Part shown: in pieces, positions 48,632-61,840 of the stretch
How positions within the stretch are numbered: the first letter of the stretch is position 1
How the letters are laid out: the number at the start of each line of letters is the position of its first letter
Program-made: the position numbers and the translations under genes
The notes under the pieces: model-generated
Seen by the model: the letters and a program-made list of their open reading frames with translations, nothing else
The model's database searches: none
What the model was told of the DNA's origin: nothing
Assembly (NCBI GenBank): GCA_950097015.1
Contig: CATNEN010000011.1
Span: 124,001 to 188,000, forward strand
Source: Macrostomum hystrix
Lineage: Eukaryota > Animalia > Platyhelminthes
Direction: 5' to 3'
Length of the DNA stretch: 64,000 nt

Positions 48632-49630
48632 GTAAGACGGCTATTCGTTTAGCGCTTTTCACACGTTGGAAATTTGAGCCACAGACGCTTTCAAAACTTA
48701 GTCACAAAATACTGTCAGTAAACTACAGAATACTATCGGGTATAGTGAGCTATACAACAACGATTAAAAAAAGAAAGAAAGCCTACGAAAGACAGATAAA
48801 GCGAAGAAATAGGAACTGAATAGAAATGGGTAGATGGGATATGGGAAACGGAATGAGAGAGAGGAATCGAGAAAAACCAATTTAAAAAAAAGAATACGAG
48901 TATGAGGTAAAGGAGATGGATAAAAAGTTTAAAACTGTTAACTGATAGAAAGTAAAATACGAGTATTAATTTGCCCAAGCAATGATGCCCTCTTGTTCAG
49001 CATCCTTTCGTTGAGGGCGGACGCGCTTTCTGTACTGAGGTAAATTAAAGAAGGAAAGCCTCTTAGCTCGTATCATTAGGGACTCAGTAATGCGATTTTT
49101 CCGTCTTCAACAAAAGTACACGGGCTCACGAACAAGAGGTACAAGAGCTGCACAAAGCGAAAAGAAAATCTGTTTCTTTTCAGCTCCTCTTTTTCATCAG
49201 AAGTGTCAATTGTCACTAACAATGGTTAAATACTGATCAGTCAAAGAAAGATAAGACTTTTATTGAAGTAAAAATGCGTTTCAGGCAGAGTCGTATTTGC
49301 TCTGCGCAAAATACAATTATTGATTCCCTTTCTCTTGCGATAGATATTCTTTCTCAGGAATTGAAGAAGTGGCATACAATCTACTGCTGTTACTCGATTA
49401 ATTTATATTTTTTCTTGTTTAAAAAATGTATGCTTGAACAGTTATATTGATCAGTTGTTGCTCATAACAGTAAATTTCATCGCTTCTATAAGAATGCTTT
49501 GATCACGTACGAGCGCTCGAAATTATTGGGGCTAGTTCGCGGAGGAAGATATTTTTAATGTTATTAAATTTGTTTAGGACGGAAAGTTTGTTTGCGAAAT
49601 CGAAATCTCATTCTAGCAATTTTATTTCAG

Positions 49631-49734
49631 ATCTCTGCGTAGGAATATTTTGCGTTCTACCCCAGTTTATTGACCGCGTACTGATGCAATTCTACGGACC
49701 CGAGATACTCTGCAAGCTAAAATTCTTTACTCAG
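49631..49734 (+). CDS. GPCR exon, TM2-ECL1-TM3 (DLCVGIFCVLPQ...FYGPEILCK)
   Basis: TTTCAG acceptor, GTAATT donor; VLPQ/FxGP/LC recalls vasopressin-oxytocin family receptors. Confidence 0.9.
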
Positions 49735-50767
49735 GTAATTCAGAATGCTTGTATTACCTTGGCTTTTGCACTATCTATAAGTAAATAAGCACTAAACTGG
49801 ATTTAGCAAGGTAATATTGTTCAAAAGCTTCGTTTATTCATAGCAAAATTTCATCATTGCAGTGTCATCGTACATCTTAATTATTTGCATGATTGCATGG
49901 GATAGCATGAGAGCGCATCGGGGTGCACTTTTAATTAAAGTGTAAATTTTCAGATCACTTTATTTCCAGTTTCGTAGGTTCATACTCGTAGTTCGTAGTT
50001 CTTTTGTTCTTAGACTTTTTTGTTTCGTTAGGAATAAAATCCAGGAATTAACGAGTCTTCAACGGGTGAAGATCTATCGCTATTGTTGAATTCATGATGC
50101 AGATTTCCTATGTTGACCTTGCCAGTGTGATTTCCCACAAGCTTAGTCATTAAAAATGGCCAGCCTAATGTGCCATCGTTTTTCGGCAGGTGGTTCCGAG
50201 ACAGCTTTTATAGATAAAGATTAACTTTTCCGTGCCTCACTTAATGATAAGAACGAAATATAGTAAGTTCAGCGTTCAATTTTATCATCTGATCTCTGTC
50301 GCTAAAAAAGTCTCAGGCAAGTGATAAAAGTTGCCTTCAGTCTCTAATGTTTTTGGAACTCGCTTGATTCGCATTCGCTCTTTATATGTCAGTTTCCTAT
50401 GCATATGCTAATGTACGTATCTGCTTTGTATCTGCGCAAGCAACATAGAGCGGAGCGAAGGTAATTCTGGAATAAGATTAATTAGCTTTTTTAGAGAAAA
50501 TGATGGCAAAAATTACAGACAGCTCGGGTAAAAAAGTGTGATTCGGTTTTCAACGCCTCGGAAAACTTGGGATACTAGGAGTAGCTTTGTGAAGCGAGGG
50601 ACGGAACTTAGACATTTTTAAGTGAATTAAGCAGTTTGCATCAAATGGTATATCGGATATTTTACTCAAGCATAGAAAGATTGACGCCAGGTAAAATTTA
50701 GGTACATGATTTACCAACACTTTCAAAAAGACCATTTTCAACCGACTATCATGCGCTCGTATTTCAG

Positions 50768-50867
50768 ACAACGGTGAGTTACGGGGCAGCATATGCTCTA
50801 GTTGTCCTCAGCATCGACCGAGTTGACGCAATAGCTAATCCTCTGCGTACAACCACATCGCGACGTA
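50768..50867 (+). CDS. GPCR exon, TM3-ICL2 (LVVLSIDRVDAIANP)
   Basis: TTTCAG acceptor, GTAAGT donor; resembles the CCAP-receptor LSIDRYDAI motif. Confidence 0.9.
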
Positions 50868-53800
50868 GTAAGTCAAGGAAATTATAATTAATATGATTTA
50901 GCAGTAGTAGTGGTTATAGTCGCTGTACTAAGAATACAAGTAATAGTTCAATCGAGCCTGTCAATTAACATCAAAGTAAACATGCAAGTTGTAGTATACC
51001 CTTAGTCGTAATCCTGTCTGAAGTTAAGTGGGTATGATTAACGAATCGCCAATTGATGCACAAAGCACCAGATTCTTTGTAATTTTTAACGCATACTCTC
51101 TAAGTAATAAACCAAAGAAAATCGGTCCGCCAACAAAGCAGACGAGAGAGTAAGGACTACAAGCTTTTACTGCTTGGTTAAGAAGAACTCTGGTAATGAC
51201 CATTTTATCTCTTTTAACCCCGGTTGGCAAATACTTTCCCTTGTCTGGGCAATCCTCATTCGCAAAAAGAGCCGACTCATGGCACCCTGAGGATTTTAAA
51301 TCACTTGAATTAATTAAGGGAGGAAAGAAAAGCAGCGAGCCTAGCACTGTCCCCCCATCCCAGGCAGAGCTAGACTGGAGTGTTTCCTATATCCAGGCAG
51401 CCCTTGCAGCAGACAGAAACGCTCTCAAAATGAGGCATGTTGGCATGCTGGCTGTACAATAAATATTTTAAGCATTTTATATTTTGAATGCTCTCAATGA
51501 AGTGCGCAGCTTTATTATGGCAGTGGGATCAAAGATTCAAACCTGCGGATTGATATAGGGGGTGCTGAGAATGGTGGCCGGGTGGAGGTAGTTGAGGCGA
51601 CGATGCTTTAAAGCTGAAATTATAGATGGCAGGGTAAACATCGCATAGCTCATCGCAAATAGAACCTATAGGTATTGCTGGTGTCGACTGTACATTTTCA
51701 GCGCTGGCTTCAAAAAGTGGATAATCGAAATTCCTGTTTATTGGATTGCTACTGTCATTTAGTGAAGTAATTGCTTAAACTAATGTTACTATAGTCTTAT
51801 GCCTACGGTATACGCAAAGATACACATGGACAACCTAAAAAATCATCTACAGCCCCATTAGCGCAGCAGATATCTGGAATTTAGTGCATTTTAAATACAC
51901 ATGTAGTCACATTTTCGCAAACCGGTCCTACTGTTCATAGAAATGGAAAGCAAGTTGGTGTTAGAATATAATTTTTTCCAATATTTTATTGAATTTCAGC
52001 GAGTGTGCTGCACGGCTTTTGTAAAAAATGAGTTAATTAACACCAGAATAGCTTATGCTGCCACCCGCATTCACTTTTACGAGTGTATAATGTTTTGTTG
52101 GCTGACGAAAAGTCGCTACCAGCAACTCGTGCAATTAACTTGTTGTGTTAGTCCATCCGTAGGTTGCTTTATATTTAAAACTGCATTATATTTTTATCGT
52201 GCCTGCTTTTCGTCAAACGAAAGCTTGTCTCGTCAGTCTGAAAACAAGAAATTTCATTTCTCTTGCTGCTAAAAGTTCTTGAGAATGGTGGCCGGGTGGA
52301 GGTAGTGGCCCAATAAAATCAGAATTCTAGAAGCATGGCAGCATAAATTTCGAATACAACAGGCCGAGGGCCGTACATGAACGATACCTGCTAAAAGTAC
52401 GTACAATACTTCTATTCAGCGTCCTCATTGTATTAGTCCGTGAAGTTCAAGTACTTAGACATGATGGTGTACGATCTAACAAAGTTATAAGCTGTCGCGA
52501 GAGACTAAGCACAAAAAAGTCAATTCAAGCAATATTTCTTAATCCATAGTATGCCTGCTTGATTAATCAATACAGGTAAAAATTCGTCCAGCGTAAACTG
52601 AGCAGTTTGAAAGCTTCAAGAAGGATTGTTATAAAACATGCTGTTAGTCCTCATATAGTGCTCATGCAAACGCAATTTCGAGATTTTAATGTACTTGTAG
52701 GCTTTGTTTTGGTAATTTGTCCATACCTAAAAGAGGATTTTATTTTTTTAATATGCGAGAATATAAGGTAAATAAAAAAGAAACTACGTAAATTTTTCTG
52801 TGGCAAAACAACTTTTGGATTATGAGTTCGTCCAGATGTAGTAATTTTCGTGCGACTAAAGTTTGTTTAGTCTACTAACGACAACGAAAGTAAGGTTTTA
52901 TAAAATATTTTTAACTAAGAAGAAGACAGAAGAAAAGACTAAGAAGAAACGGTTTTATTTTTATAATAAAACATGCCTAGCAGTAAGTGTACCAGCCATG
53001 CAGACATGCTCGTACATGCAGTATTTTAAACGCAATTTTTTACTATAGTTTGTAATCCAAGGCATATACGACGTAAGCATAACTTCTCAAGGAAACTGAA
53101 AACTCAGTACGTAGGAAGATGGCGTCCAATTTTTGCTTTGCGGAAGCCTTGCGGTATTGCGGTATACAAGTACTGAAGTCCAGTTTTCCGATTTTTGGGC
53201 AACAGATTTCGGATTTTTTTATTTGTGACTTCCTAGCAAAACTTACTCGACGCTCTAGATCCCGTGGGCAAATATAGATTAGCACATTTATTCGACTTAG
53301 TCGCATTACTAATGTTTGTGCTCAGCGGATGTGATATATTTGCATGCGTTTCGAACTAAAATTAGCAATGAGCGATTAAATGTTGTTAAAATATTGAGTT
53401 AAGACACTGTGGGCTACCATGAATTTCAGATCTAAGTTGGGTGGTCAAAGTGAAAGTGATCAATCAATCAGCCAGTCAATGATTTTCATTACTGATGTCC
53501 GTCTAGGTCACACAGTGATTATGTATCTATAGAATTATGCGCAGTCGGCAGATTAGATGAAACCACTCTACTCGTAGCCATGCATGAGCGATCTCGTTCA
53601 AGGTCCAGAAAGTCCCAAGGAGGTCCTCCTTTGCTTCCTTGTTCAGCACTCTAAGGAATGACCTATCATAATATCCTGACAATACCCTAAAGTTCAACGC
53701 TCTACGAAATGTTGTATGAAAAACTACGCTCTATGAAAAAACCAGAGCAACTTCGCTGCCGCCATGGTTAGTTTAGATAAGTGTGAAAGTACAAATAAGT

Positions 53801-54317
53801 GTGAAATCATGTGTTAGGAACTTTTAGGGTTTATTTTTTTGCCAATGCCGATAACTAAGGAACTTGCAAAGTCTCTAATAATCAAATTAATTCGGACACG
53901 TATGTGATACTATTAGTATGCCTTGTAGAAGCTTTAGAATAAATTGGCATCTAGGATACTGCGGTAGAGTGGTATAGTGGCATTTTCAGACAATTTGATG
54001 GATACCAATCTCGCGATGGGTATGCGTGATGGGCTGTGATGCTGCAGAGGGCAAGGAAACAAACACGGCACTGCAGGTGACTTCTGACATAAGCACTAGG
54101 TCCTGGGTTAGTCTAAAGTAGACGAAGGAAGCTTATCTAAATTTCTGGAGGCTTTGTACTTATATTAGCCCGCATTAAGATAGAAAAATTAATGGATAGA
54201 ATAAAAAAGCTAAAAAATACCGATATATTATGATTAGTCATTAGTTTCAACCTACTGATGCTTATGACAAAACTATTACAAATGTTGTTATCCGCTCCAT
54301 GCTTTTTCCTCCCATAG

Positions 54318-54490
54318 AGTGTCAGACTGCAAGTTTAATAGCTGGCAGCTGGATTTTTAGCGCTTTGTGCAGTTCTCCGGTATTGATTTGGACTAATGTT
54401 CGACGCCACGACACCTTCGGGCGTCAGTGTTCGATCAGGTATGGCAGCAGCTCCAACACTACCCGGCTGGAAAAGGAGAACTTTTGGCAG
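54318..54490 (+). CDS. GPCR exon, TM4-ECL2 (SWIFSALCSSP...QC)
   Basis: CATAG acceptor, GTGAGT donor, 173 nt, phases match neighbours. Confidence 0.9.
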
Positions 54491-54916
54491 GTGAGTCAAA
54501 CAATTTTATAAACAGCAGAACACAGCGATTCTCAAAAAAATTCTACATTTTCCTATGTTGAATTCCGGATATATGCATGGGTTCTTGACAAAAACTGACA
54601 TTGTTGACACACTTTAGCGCAAACAAAACGAAAATTGGTAGAGTAAAAATAGAAGTAAAGTGTCTTTTTGGCACATCTGCCCTCACTTTCTCATCGTCAG
54701 GCAGTGTACACTGTCGGCTTTGGGGTTTGGCCCAAGGACCACTGTGGTATCACTATAAACTACAGTATAACTATATGCTATATTTGTAATATAGTGGTCC
54801 TTGGTTTGACCCACAAGGGCGTAAATTGCACGGCAAGTCCCCAAGTCTCCACCTTGGTGCGACAGGCAACGCGTCAACCGCTCTGCCATACTGGCCTCAT
54901 TCGATATCCATTGTAG

Positions 54917-55160
54917 ATATTTGTAACAGCCAACCTGGTGACGATAATAATTATACCTGTGACTATTGTGGCCATTTGTCACATTGTCCTGATCGTGATT
55001 ATCTTCCGAAGCGGCAGAGGACCAAAGCTACCAGCGGGTACCGATGCCTCAGCCAAAGGAAATTGCAGAAGAAGTGTCAATCGTAGTTCCGTTAACAATC
55101 GGAACACCATCACTCGAGCAAAAATAAAAACAGTAAAAGTTACTTGCACCATTGTGTCCG
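54917..55160 (+). CDS. GPCR exon, TM5-ICL3-TM6 start (IPVTIVAICH...ITRAKIKTVKVT)
   Basis: TGTAG acceptor, GTAAGT donor; RAKIKTVK is characteristic of VP/OT/CCAP/NPS receptors. Confidence 0.92.
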
Positions 55161-55485
55161 GTAAGTCCAACCTTTGTTGTTTCTACTATTTTTTACCTAT
55201 ATTTAAACTTTCTGACTCCTCATTAAGATTAGGGCCAATGAGCTATCGAGCTTTGGCTTTTTGAGAATTTAGTGTACGAGCGTATTTTGGCGTAGTGTAG
55301 AAAATTAGAGTCAAGGTTGCATGCAAGGGAGAATGCAGGTGTATTTTCGGCCAGATTACATACATGATCGTGCCGATATATCTGAGAATCGGGTTAAAGT
55401 TTTCGAGGTGCCGTGTGCGTGAAATCGTAGGTATAGTTCTTTGTATGATACTTCTAATTCCTGTAGTTACATTAAAACATTGTAG

Positions 55486-55580
55486 TATTCATCTTATGCT
55501 GGCTGCCATATACAGTGGGCAACTTTCTGGACCTTTATCATGTCAAGCGGTTGTCAATCTACTTCAAGGCGTTAATTCAG
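55486..55580 (+). CDS. GPCR exon, TM6-ECL3 (FILCWLPY)
   Basis: TGTAG acceptor, GTAAG donor, CWxP motif. Confidence 0.9.
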
Positions 55581-55882
55581 GTAAGAATTTTTATTTAAAA
55601 ATTTGTTGTGTCTGAACTGACAACACTTGTTATTCCAATCTACTGTAGTATTAAATAGTTGACCGAAAAATTGTTGTGACGAGAGGCAAGATTTCAATCT
55701 CTCGCTGCAATACAGAACGATAGATTTTCTGAATGGCAGTATGCTTCCTTTAGTTTCCTGCCATCACCCTGGCATTTAGTAGGACGGTTGATAGGAGTCA
55801 AGAATATTCTGCTTAAACCCTGGGTACATGCAGGGGTGAAAATAAAACTACTTCTGGCTCGCGCCTCCTCTGTACTTTTCAG

Positions 55883-55941
55883 ACTCTGGGAACTCTCAAT
55901 TCGGCGGCTAATCCAATCATATTCTTTATTTTCAACTACAA
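55883..55941 (+). CDS. GPCR exon, TM7 (LNSAANPIIF)
   Basis: TTTCAG acceptor, GTAAGT donor; LNSAANPII matches the recalled CCAP-receptor TM7. Confidence 0.9.
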
Positions 55942-56133
55942 GTAAGTTGTATTTACACTTCAGTAGAAATGTATGTTTGTAGTAGATTGCACGCCTTGTA
56001 GAACATAAGCAAGTGTCAATGACAAAAGACGGTTTTTCATCTGGCCGGCAGCATTAGGTGCATTATTAGGAGAATTTTAGCAGCATCGAGCAAAACCGCA
56101 TTCTTCGATTCAATTGTGTACTTATGTAAACAG

Positions 56134-56242
56134 CAGTAAATCTCACATCATCAACATCAACAGTCAGTGCTGCAATAGGAACCGACTTCCAACTGGTCGA
56201 AATTGCGACAATCAAAACCTACAACGTCAGTACCAAAATAAT

Positions 56243-56281
<39 letters not shown>

Positions 56282-56491
56282 CGACCGCTTTTTCAGGAGG
56301 ACCGAATGCAAGCAAATTCTCGGGACAAAGAAGAGGAAGATGCGATGGTCGTAAAAACTGTTTCTTTTAAAATGGAAGATCGTGTAGACGACGTGGAGCA
56401 AAACGGTGTTTTGACGAGCGAAACTGGGACCAAACTAGAAATGAAAAGGATGAGTGTGAATAATCCTTATGAATTGAATTGTACACATTAA
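56134..56491 (+). CDS. GPCR terminal exon (C-tail with polyQ)
   Basis: NAGNAG acceptor (56134 or 56137) in phase 2; open to TAA at 56489-56491. Confidence 0.82.
56243..56278 (+). repeat. (CAG)12 coding microsatellite
   Basis: Perfect CAG run. Confidence 0.97.
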
Positions 56492-56783
56492 CCCTCAAAC
56501 GGCTGATAAAAAATACTACGCTTGTGATACTTGGGGTCCATTGGACCCCAACATTAATCCTGTGGATTTATTTTATTATTAATTTAATTCATTTTTATTA
56601 ATTAGGCATTAATTAGTTATTGAATCAGTTAACTATTAAATGAGTTGTGAAAAATTCAAATGCAGAAAAACTTTTTTGCTTCTGTCTGCAGCTTTTAGCA
56701 AATTTCTATTTTTATTTGTACTCGTACATTCAGAACAATAATCTAATATCATAATTTTTAGCAACCGAATTTCGTTTCAAGGG
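56492..56783. mobile_element. piggyBac-type MITE
   Basis: TTAA|CCCTCAAACG ... CGTTTCAAGGG|TTAC; internal palindrome GGGGTCCATTGGACCCC. Confidence 0.65.
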
Positions 56784-58589
56784 TTACGATGGTTGTAGCC
56801 TATAGGGGCACGGACTCACTACTTGATCAATGATCATTGCCCGTCTTCACTTAAATTTTTTATCTAAGCTTATTAGACCTATAGGCCATAGGGGATTAAA
56901 CTCTGCATTACTTAAGTCAATTCTTTTTTTGATAGTTTTACTACCCGTTTAATCGGTACCAGCTTTAACTTTTTTAAAGTCACAAATCCATTATGTGAAG
57001 CAGTAAGACTGCTTGCAGCTTCAGCTTTTGACGTAAGGTCTCATCGAACAGTTTTTTTCGTAAATAATAATGAACAGCTTGTCGCAAGCCTGCAGTATTG
57101 TGCTCGACGTGTTACAGCTGTTAAAATGCCGTTCATCATCTTCATTGCTGCAGGGTCACTCAGTTCATTTATGCAGTGCTGCTTTAGCTTATGAAGCTAT
57201 CTGAGCGATACATAGGCAGGTACATCGCATTATGTGGTTTTTCAAATGATACCACTTGGTCCTTTCTAATTTAACCTACTCATTCACGGATCACAAACTA
57301 AAATGCACACGGGTCACCTAAAAGGTTTTCATTAAATCAGATCAAATTGACCGCTTCGAGGACAGTTTAGAGGACAATAGGTCAACCGACCAGTTAGCGG
57401 TAGTTAGTTCCACGGTGCATTCTCTCGGTGTCGGTGTGTGGCCCACTAGGACGCTTGACTAGCATCCCTGCTTAATAATAAGCATTGTACCAATTAAGCC
57501 AGTACAGCACTGTACTGAACTGTACCTGCACCTGTTATTTTTTTAATTAACAGATACCCAGTTTTATCTTTTCAAAGCTGCATTCCTAATTAAAGCACCA
57601 GTCTTACATTATAAGTTTCATACAAACGATGAGTTACACGAGCACAAGAGTTCAAATATTCGCAGATTTTATTGTAACGTAACAAGAAAGTTCATTTCCT
57701 CTGAACTTGATCTATTGAGCTTCTTCGCTCTTCACAAACAAAACAAAAACAATAATACTGTATCATGTATGTTGCAATGTTTTATTTGTGTAAACTTTTA
57801 TTCAATTTCTTCTGTTTTCCCAAACAAAAAAATGTAAAACTAAATCTTGAACACTTGCAATTTATCATTTACAAGTAATTTTTTTCTAACGTTCGTAGAT
57901 GGTCTAGTTAACTTAGCAATTAAATGTCATTATTTGATTCATGGTAATGTGAAAATGTGCATTATTATTTTGTTTTTTTTCATTTTCATGTTTTTGTGAT
58001 CAGTCATTTTATTGTTTTGATGAATCATGATGGCTGTTACTGTACTTCGATTGGCTTTAAAGCAACAAAATACACGCCTGATGTTAAGCATAGAGCATGT
58101 GACATTCGCAATAAAGCTTCTTTCCAAGCGAGAGCTCAATCGAAAAGGGCGTTTTAAGGAATTGTTTTATCGGACCAAAACAACAAAACTAAAAAATTAA
58201 GTACGCTCGTATTTTAGTAACTTTAGTAATTTAGTAACTAAACTTTAAACTATTATTTTCAACTGACTTTGACACCCTGCAATTTTACACAATATAAAAA
58301 TAGCGTCACTAATTAAAACTAACTGATTTATAGCAGCTGGCGTAAATCAGTACGAAGCAGCACAAGGCAAAGCCGAACTATATTTCCAAATATATACTTG
58401 TAATGGTTTTATTCCTTGCCTTAGAGCCAGTGATCGAACTGTAGCGTAAATGATGACAAATTTGTTGAATAATTATCGCTTTTAATGTACGCTCTCTCTA
58501 TGTACATCGCTAGTAATGAACTCCACATTGCATTCCATAAATATAGCGAGCACTGCCCCACGGGCAGTCGTTGATTTTTACACTGCCAA

Positions 58590-58900
58590 ATTCCTCGTGT
58601 TACAAGTGACGGTCTTCCTTGAGCTCGGCGTCAAGGACAAGAGCGACTACAGTCAAGTGTCCAAAGCATTAGCAGAGGCCTTTCACCCGGACAGCCAGCA
58701 CTTCTCAGCGCTGGAGGCTTTCGAGAGCAGGAAACTGCTGCCTGCTGAACCTCATCGGCTGTTCCTCTACCACCTGAAGCAGCTGCTCAAGGACGCTGGC
58801 ATCAGCAACAAGAATGCCACTGAAAAAATGCTGACCCATCACTTCATCCGCGGACTGCCAGCGGCCATGTCAGCAGGCAAATCGGAGCCGATACGTCAGT
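58590..58900 (+). pseudogene. Retrotransposon gag-like fragment
   Basis: ALEAFESRKLLPAEP...LKQLLKDA...HHFIRGLP resembles Ty3/gypsy capsid helices; no pol nearby. Confidence 0.55.
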
Positions 58901-60179
58901 CAAGACGGCGAGCGACGCTCTGGCGGGGGCACAACTGTCATTTTCAGTTTTCCCTCACGAGCTTTGCCCACACCCACAGCTAGCTTTTCCTGATTTAGGT
59001 ACTTGACGAGCGATATTCAGATTTTTATTCGAAGATTAACAAAATAACACTTTATCGTCATCGAATATACTCCAAACTCAATGAATAACTTTTCACCCAT
59101 TAGAACTGCAACGCAGAATATTTTTATGCAGTTCTCTCGGGGATTAAGAACACACTTATAAAAAACTGATGAAATAATGTTTCCTGCAAGCACAATATTG
59201 AAAAGAACACTTTTTCACTTAGACAAGCAGAGTAGGACAGAAAAAGGTAGTGAAAAAGGCAGGTGCAAGCTAGGCTGGCAGAATAAAAATATCTTAAGAT
59301 AAAGAAACTAGCGACTTCATTAGAACTTTGAAACTATTCCAAGTAGAATTATAATATATAAACGTCTATAATATATAAACTATTTATTAGGCAAAAGCAT
59401 CTGAAGCAGCAAAATGGGTGTAAAAAGAAAACATCGCAAGGCGAATGCTCATTTTAGAAGGCTTAATTTAATCACGTGCATTAGTCCGGATGCCTAAAAC
59501 ATTTAAGAGACGGGTTGAAAAAAGTCAACAGTTTAACAAATTAAACCAGGCTAATCCATAGGGATAGAAGGCCTGACTCCTGAGTCCAAGCGCAATGCAG
59601 GTCAAAGACAGCCGCCACTTAGAATCCGCATGGAATCTCGGTCCATCCAGCTGAGACCCCCATACCGAGCATTAGTTTCGATGTCAGCTGCAACTTCGCT
59701 TCAGTCATCTTCGCCGATGCCGTTGCGCTGAAGTCTGTTGCGAATCGTCGCTCCGCCGCAAGTTTGAACTCGAATCAGGTGCGCTCTCGCTGCTTCCAAT
59801 TCAGCGCTATCTAGCGCGCAAGCAATCGAAGCAGCACGCCACAGAGCATTCGCAGCCGGGTCGTCCGGAAGCGGTGGTTCACCACTAGCAGCCAAAACAC
59901 CCGGCAGATCGTCGGCTAATCGTCGACGAAAAGCCGCCAAGCGATCAAAAGAGCCTTTCTGGACAAGCATCGCAGCAGCTTCCGGATTCAATGGAGGCGG
60001 CGCCGCCGTTGAATCATTGCAGCCTTAACTATAGCATCCAGAATGCAAGATTACACGAGAATGTAATATTGTATCTAGATTTCACAGGCCGGAGTAACGA
60101 TTCGTCCTCGCGGGTACTCATAAATGGTAAAGAAAATATATAGAAACTATAGAAGCGGGCCGAAATGGAATGATGCGGC

Positions 60180-60725
60180 CCGGAAAAGCACGTTTACCAA
60201 TCTCATCCTCAACTTTAATGCTTTGTGCGCAGGGCAGTGGAAATCCGGTCTCATCAGATGTCTGCTCCACAGAGCTTTCACTGTCTGCAACACCTGGACT
60301 AACATTGACCAAGAAGTGAATTTTCTGACCAAAATGTTTCAACAAAATGGTTACCCTCGTGCATTTATCCACACTCACATTCACAAATTCGTCTCTGAGA
60401 AAATTGTCAAACAGCCTAGCGCTAAAACCAATCCCATCGATCTCAACGAACCAATCCTGTCCTCCCTTTCTGTGGCTATCCTTCTCAATTCTTCAAAAAT
60501 AGAATCTGCAAATTATTTCGCAACTCTCCTAATTGCAACATCCGCGTCATCTTTCGTTCTGCTAAGGTTGGCAACTTTGTCGGTCAGTTGAAGTCACGTG
60601 TTCCCTGTGACTCCAAATCCCCAAAAAAATTAATATTTATTCACTTCTCTACTCGTTTTCTTCATTTAAAATAAACCTGAAGATGCACACTGTTGTGCGA
60701 AACGCGTCGTTCAATTAAATGTTGA
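60180..60725 (+). mobile_element. Penelope-like element 3' fragment
   Basis: RKSTFTNLILNF...KSGLIRCLLHRAF...NGYP RT-thumb motif; 3' CTGAAGATG...CGAAACGCGTCG terminal motif. Confidence 0.75.
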
Positions 60726-60739
60726 TTTTCACTTTTCTA

Positions 60740-61232
60740 TAGGTTTCACCGGTCAAGTAGCAGACTAGCCTACTCAAGTGCCACATAGTAATCTCAAGTG
60801 CATGAAAGTCAGGTTATCTGCCAAAATAGCCAAGTCAAGTGCAAACGCCAGTTCAAGTGCAAATTAGCCAATCAGAGCGCTTCTCTATATAACCCCACTG
60901 TTGCGCAATGACGATGACAGAGAGAAAAGGCCAAACCAAGTGCGACAAAGCCAACTCAACAGCAAATGGCTGCCGCACGAGCCAGAATATCCGCTGGGGC
61001 AAGCAGCGACTGATAGAATCATTTGAGCGAGAATTGCGAGGATTCATTTGAAATGCACATAGAAACGAATGAGTTGCTTCTTAAATTGACTATGTTGCAC
61101 TTGACTTGCTCTTTTGGTAACTCTGAATAGACAATTTGCAACTTGATTTGGCTTGTTGCCACTTGACTTGAATATGTCGCACTTGAACTGCGTTATTTGC
61201 ACTTGAGTAGGCTACTTGACCGGAAAAACCTA
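60740..61232. mobile_element. MITE with long modular TIRs, TA-flanked
   Basis: TAGGTTTCACCGGTCAAGTAGC versus the reverse complement of GCTACTTGACCGGAAAAACCTA; repeated CAAGTGC motifs inverted between the halves. Confidence 0.78.
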
Positions 61233-61840
61233 TATAAGTCTAAAAAGCTAACGACAGTCTACATGAGTATGACACATAGTTGTTATCTATAGACCTAGCC
61301 TACCTAATCTAGATAGAAAGTTTTTTTACTTTGTCGAACCAATTATTTTCAGTGAATCAGTGCCTAGTAAATGAACTACTAAATAGGACGGTTGGCAGCA
61401 CAATGCGCAAAGCTCGATGCTAGAATATATGTTTCAAGGTACAAAAGGTATACCAATTTGGTCTATTTGTCACATCTTAGTTCGATCAGTATGCGAATAC
61501 TTCACGCATTTCTAATGCATTTTTCGCACAATTATGAATACATTTTAAACTGAATATTTATGTTACATTAGAAGAAGACATTAAAACAAACAAATCAGAT
61601 ATTAGCTATAGATAGCTAGAAAAACTATATTTGCAGAAAATGACTTACAAAAAATACATGTAGAATTTAAGAGATCATTTAACAACAATAAAAATTACAG
61701 CGTTGACATCATCGTTATTTTTTCTAAATAAATATTCTAGGACCACTTAGAAAAAAAGAAGAACGACGTACGTATTAATTTCCCGATTCACATTCACATT
61801 CACATTCAAACAAGAGTATTGTAACTGAAATAATAACCAT

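Noticed and set aside
51024-51462. Overlapping ORFs in GPCR intron as a nested gene
   Set aside because: No identifiable domain and no consistent splice structure.
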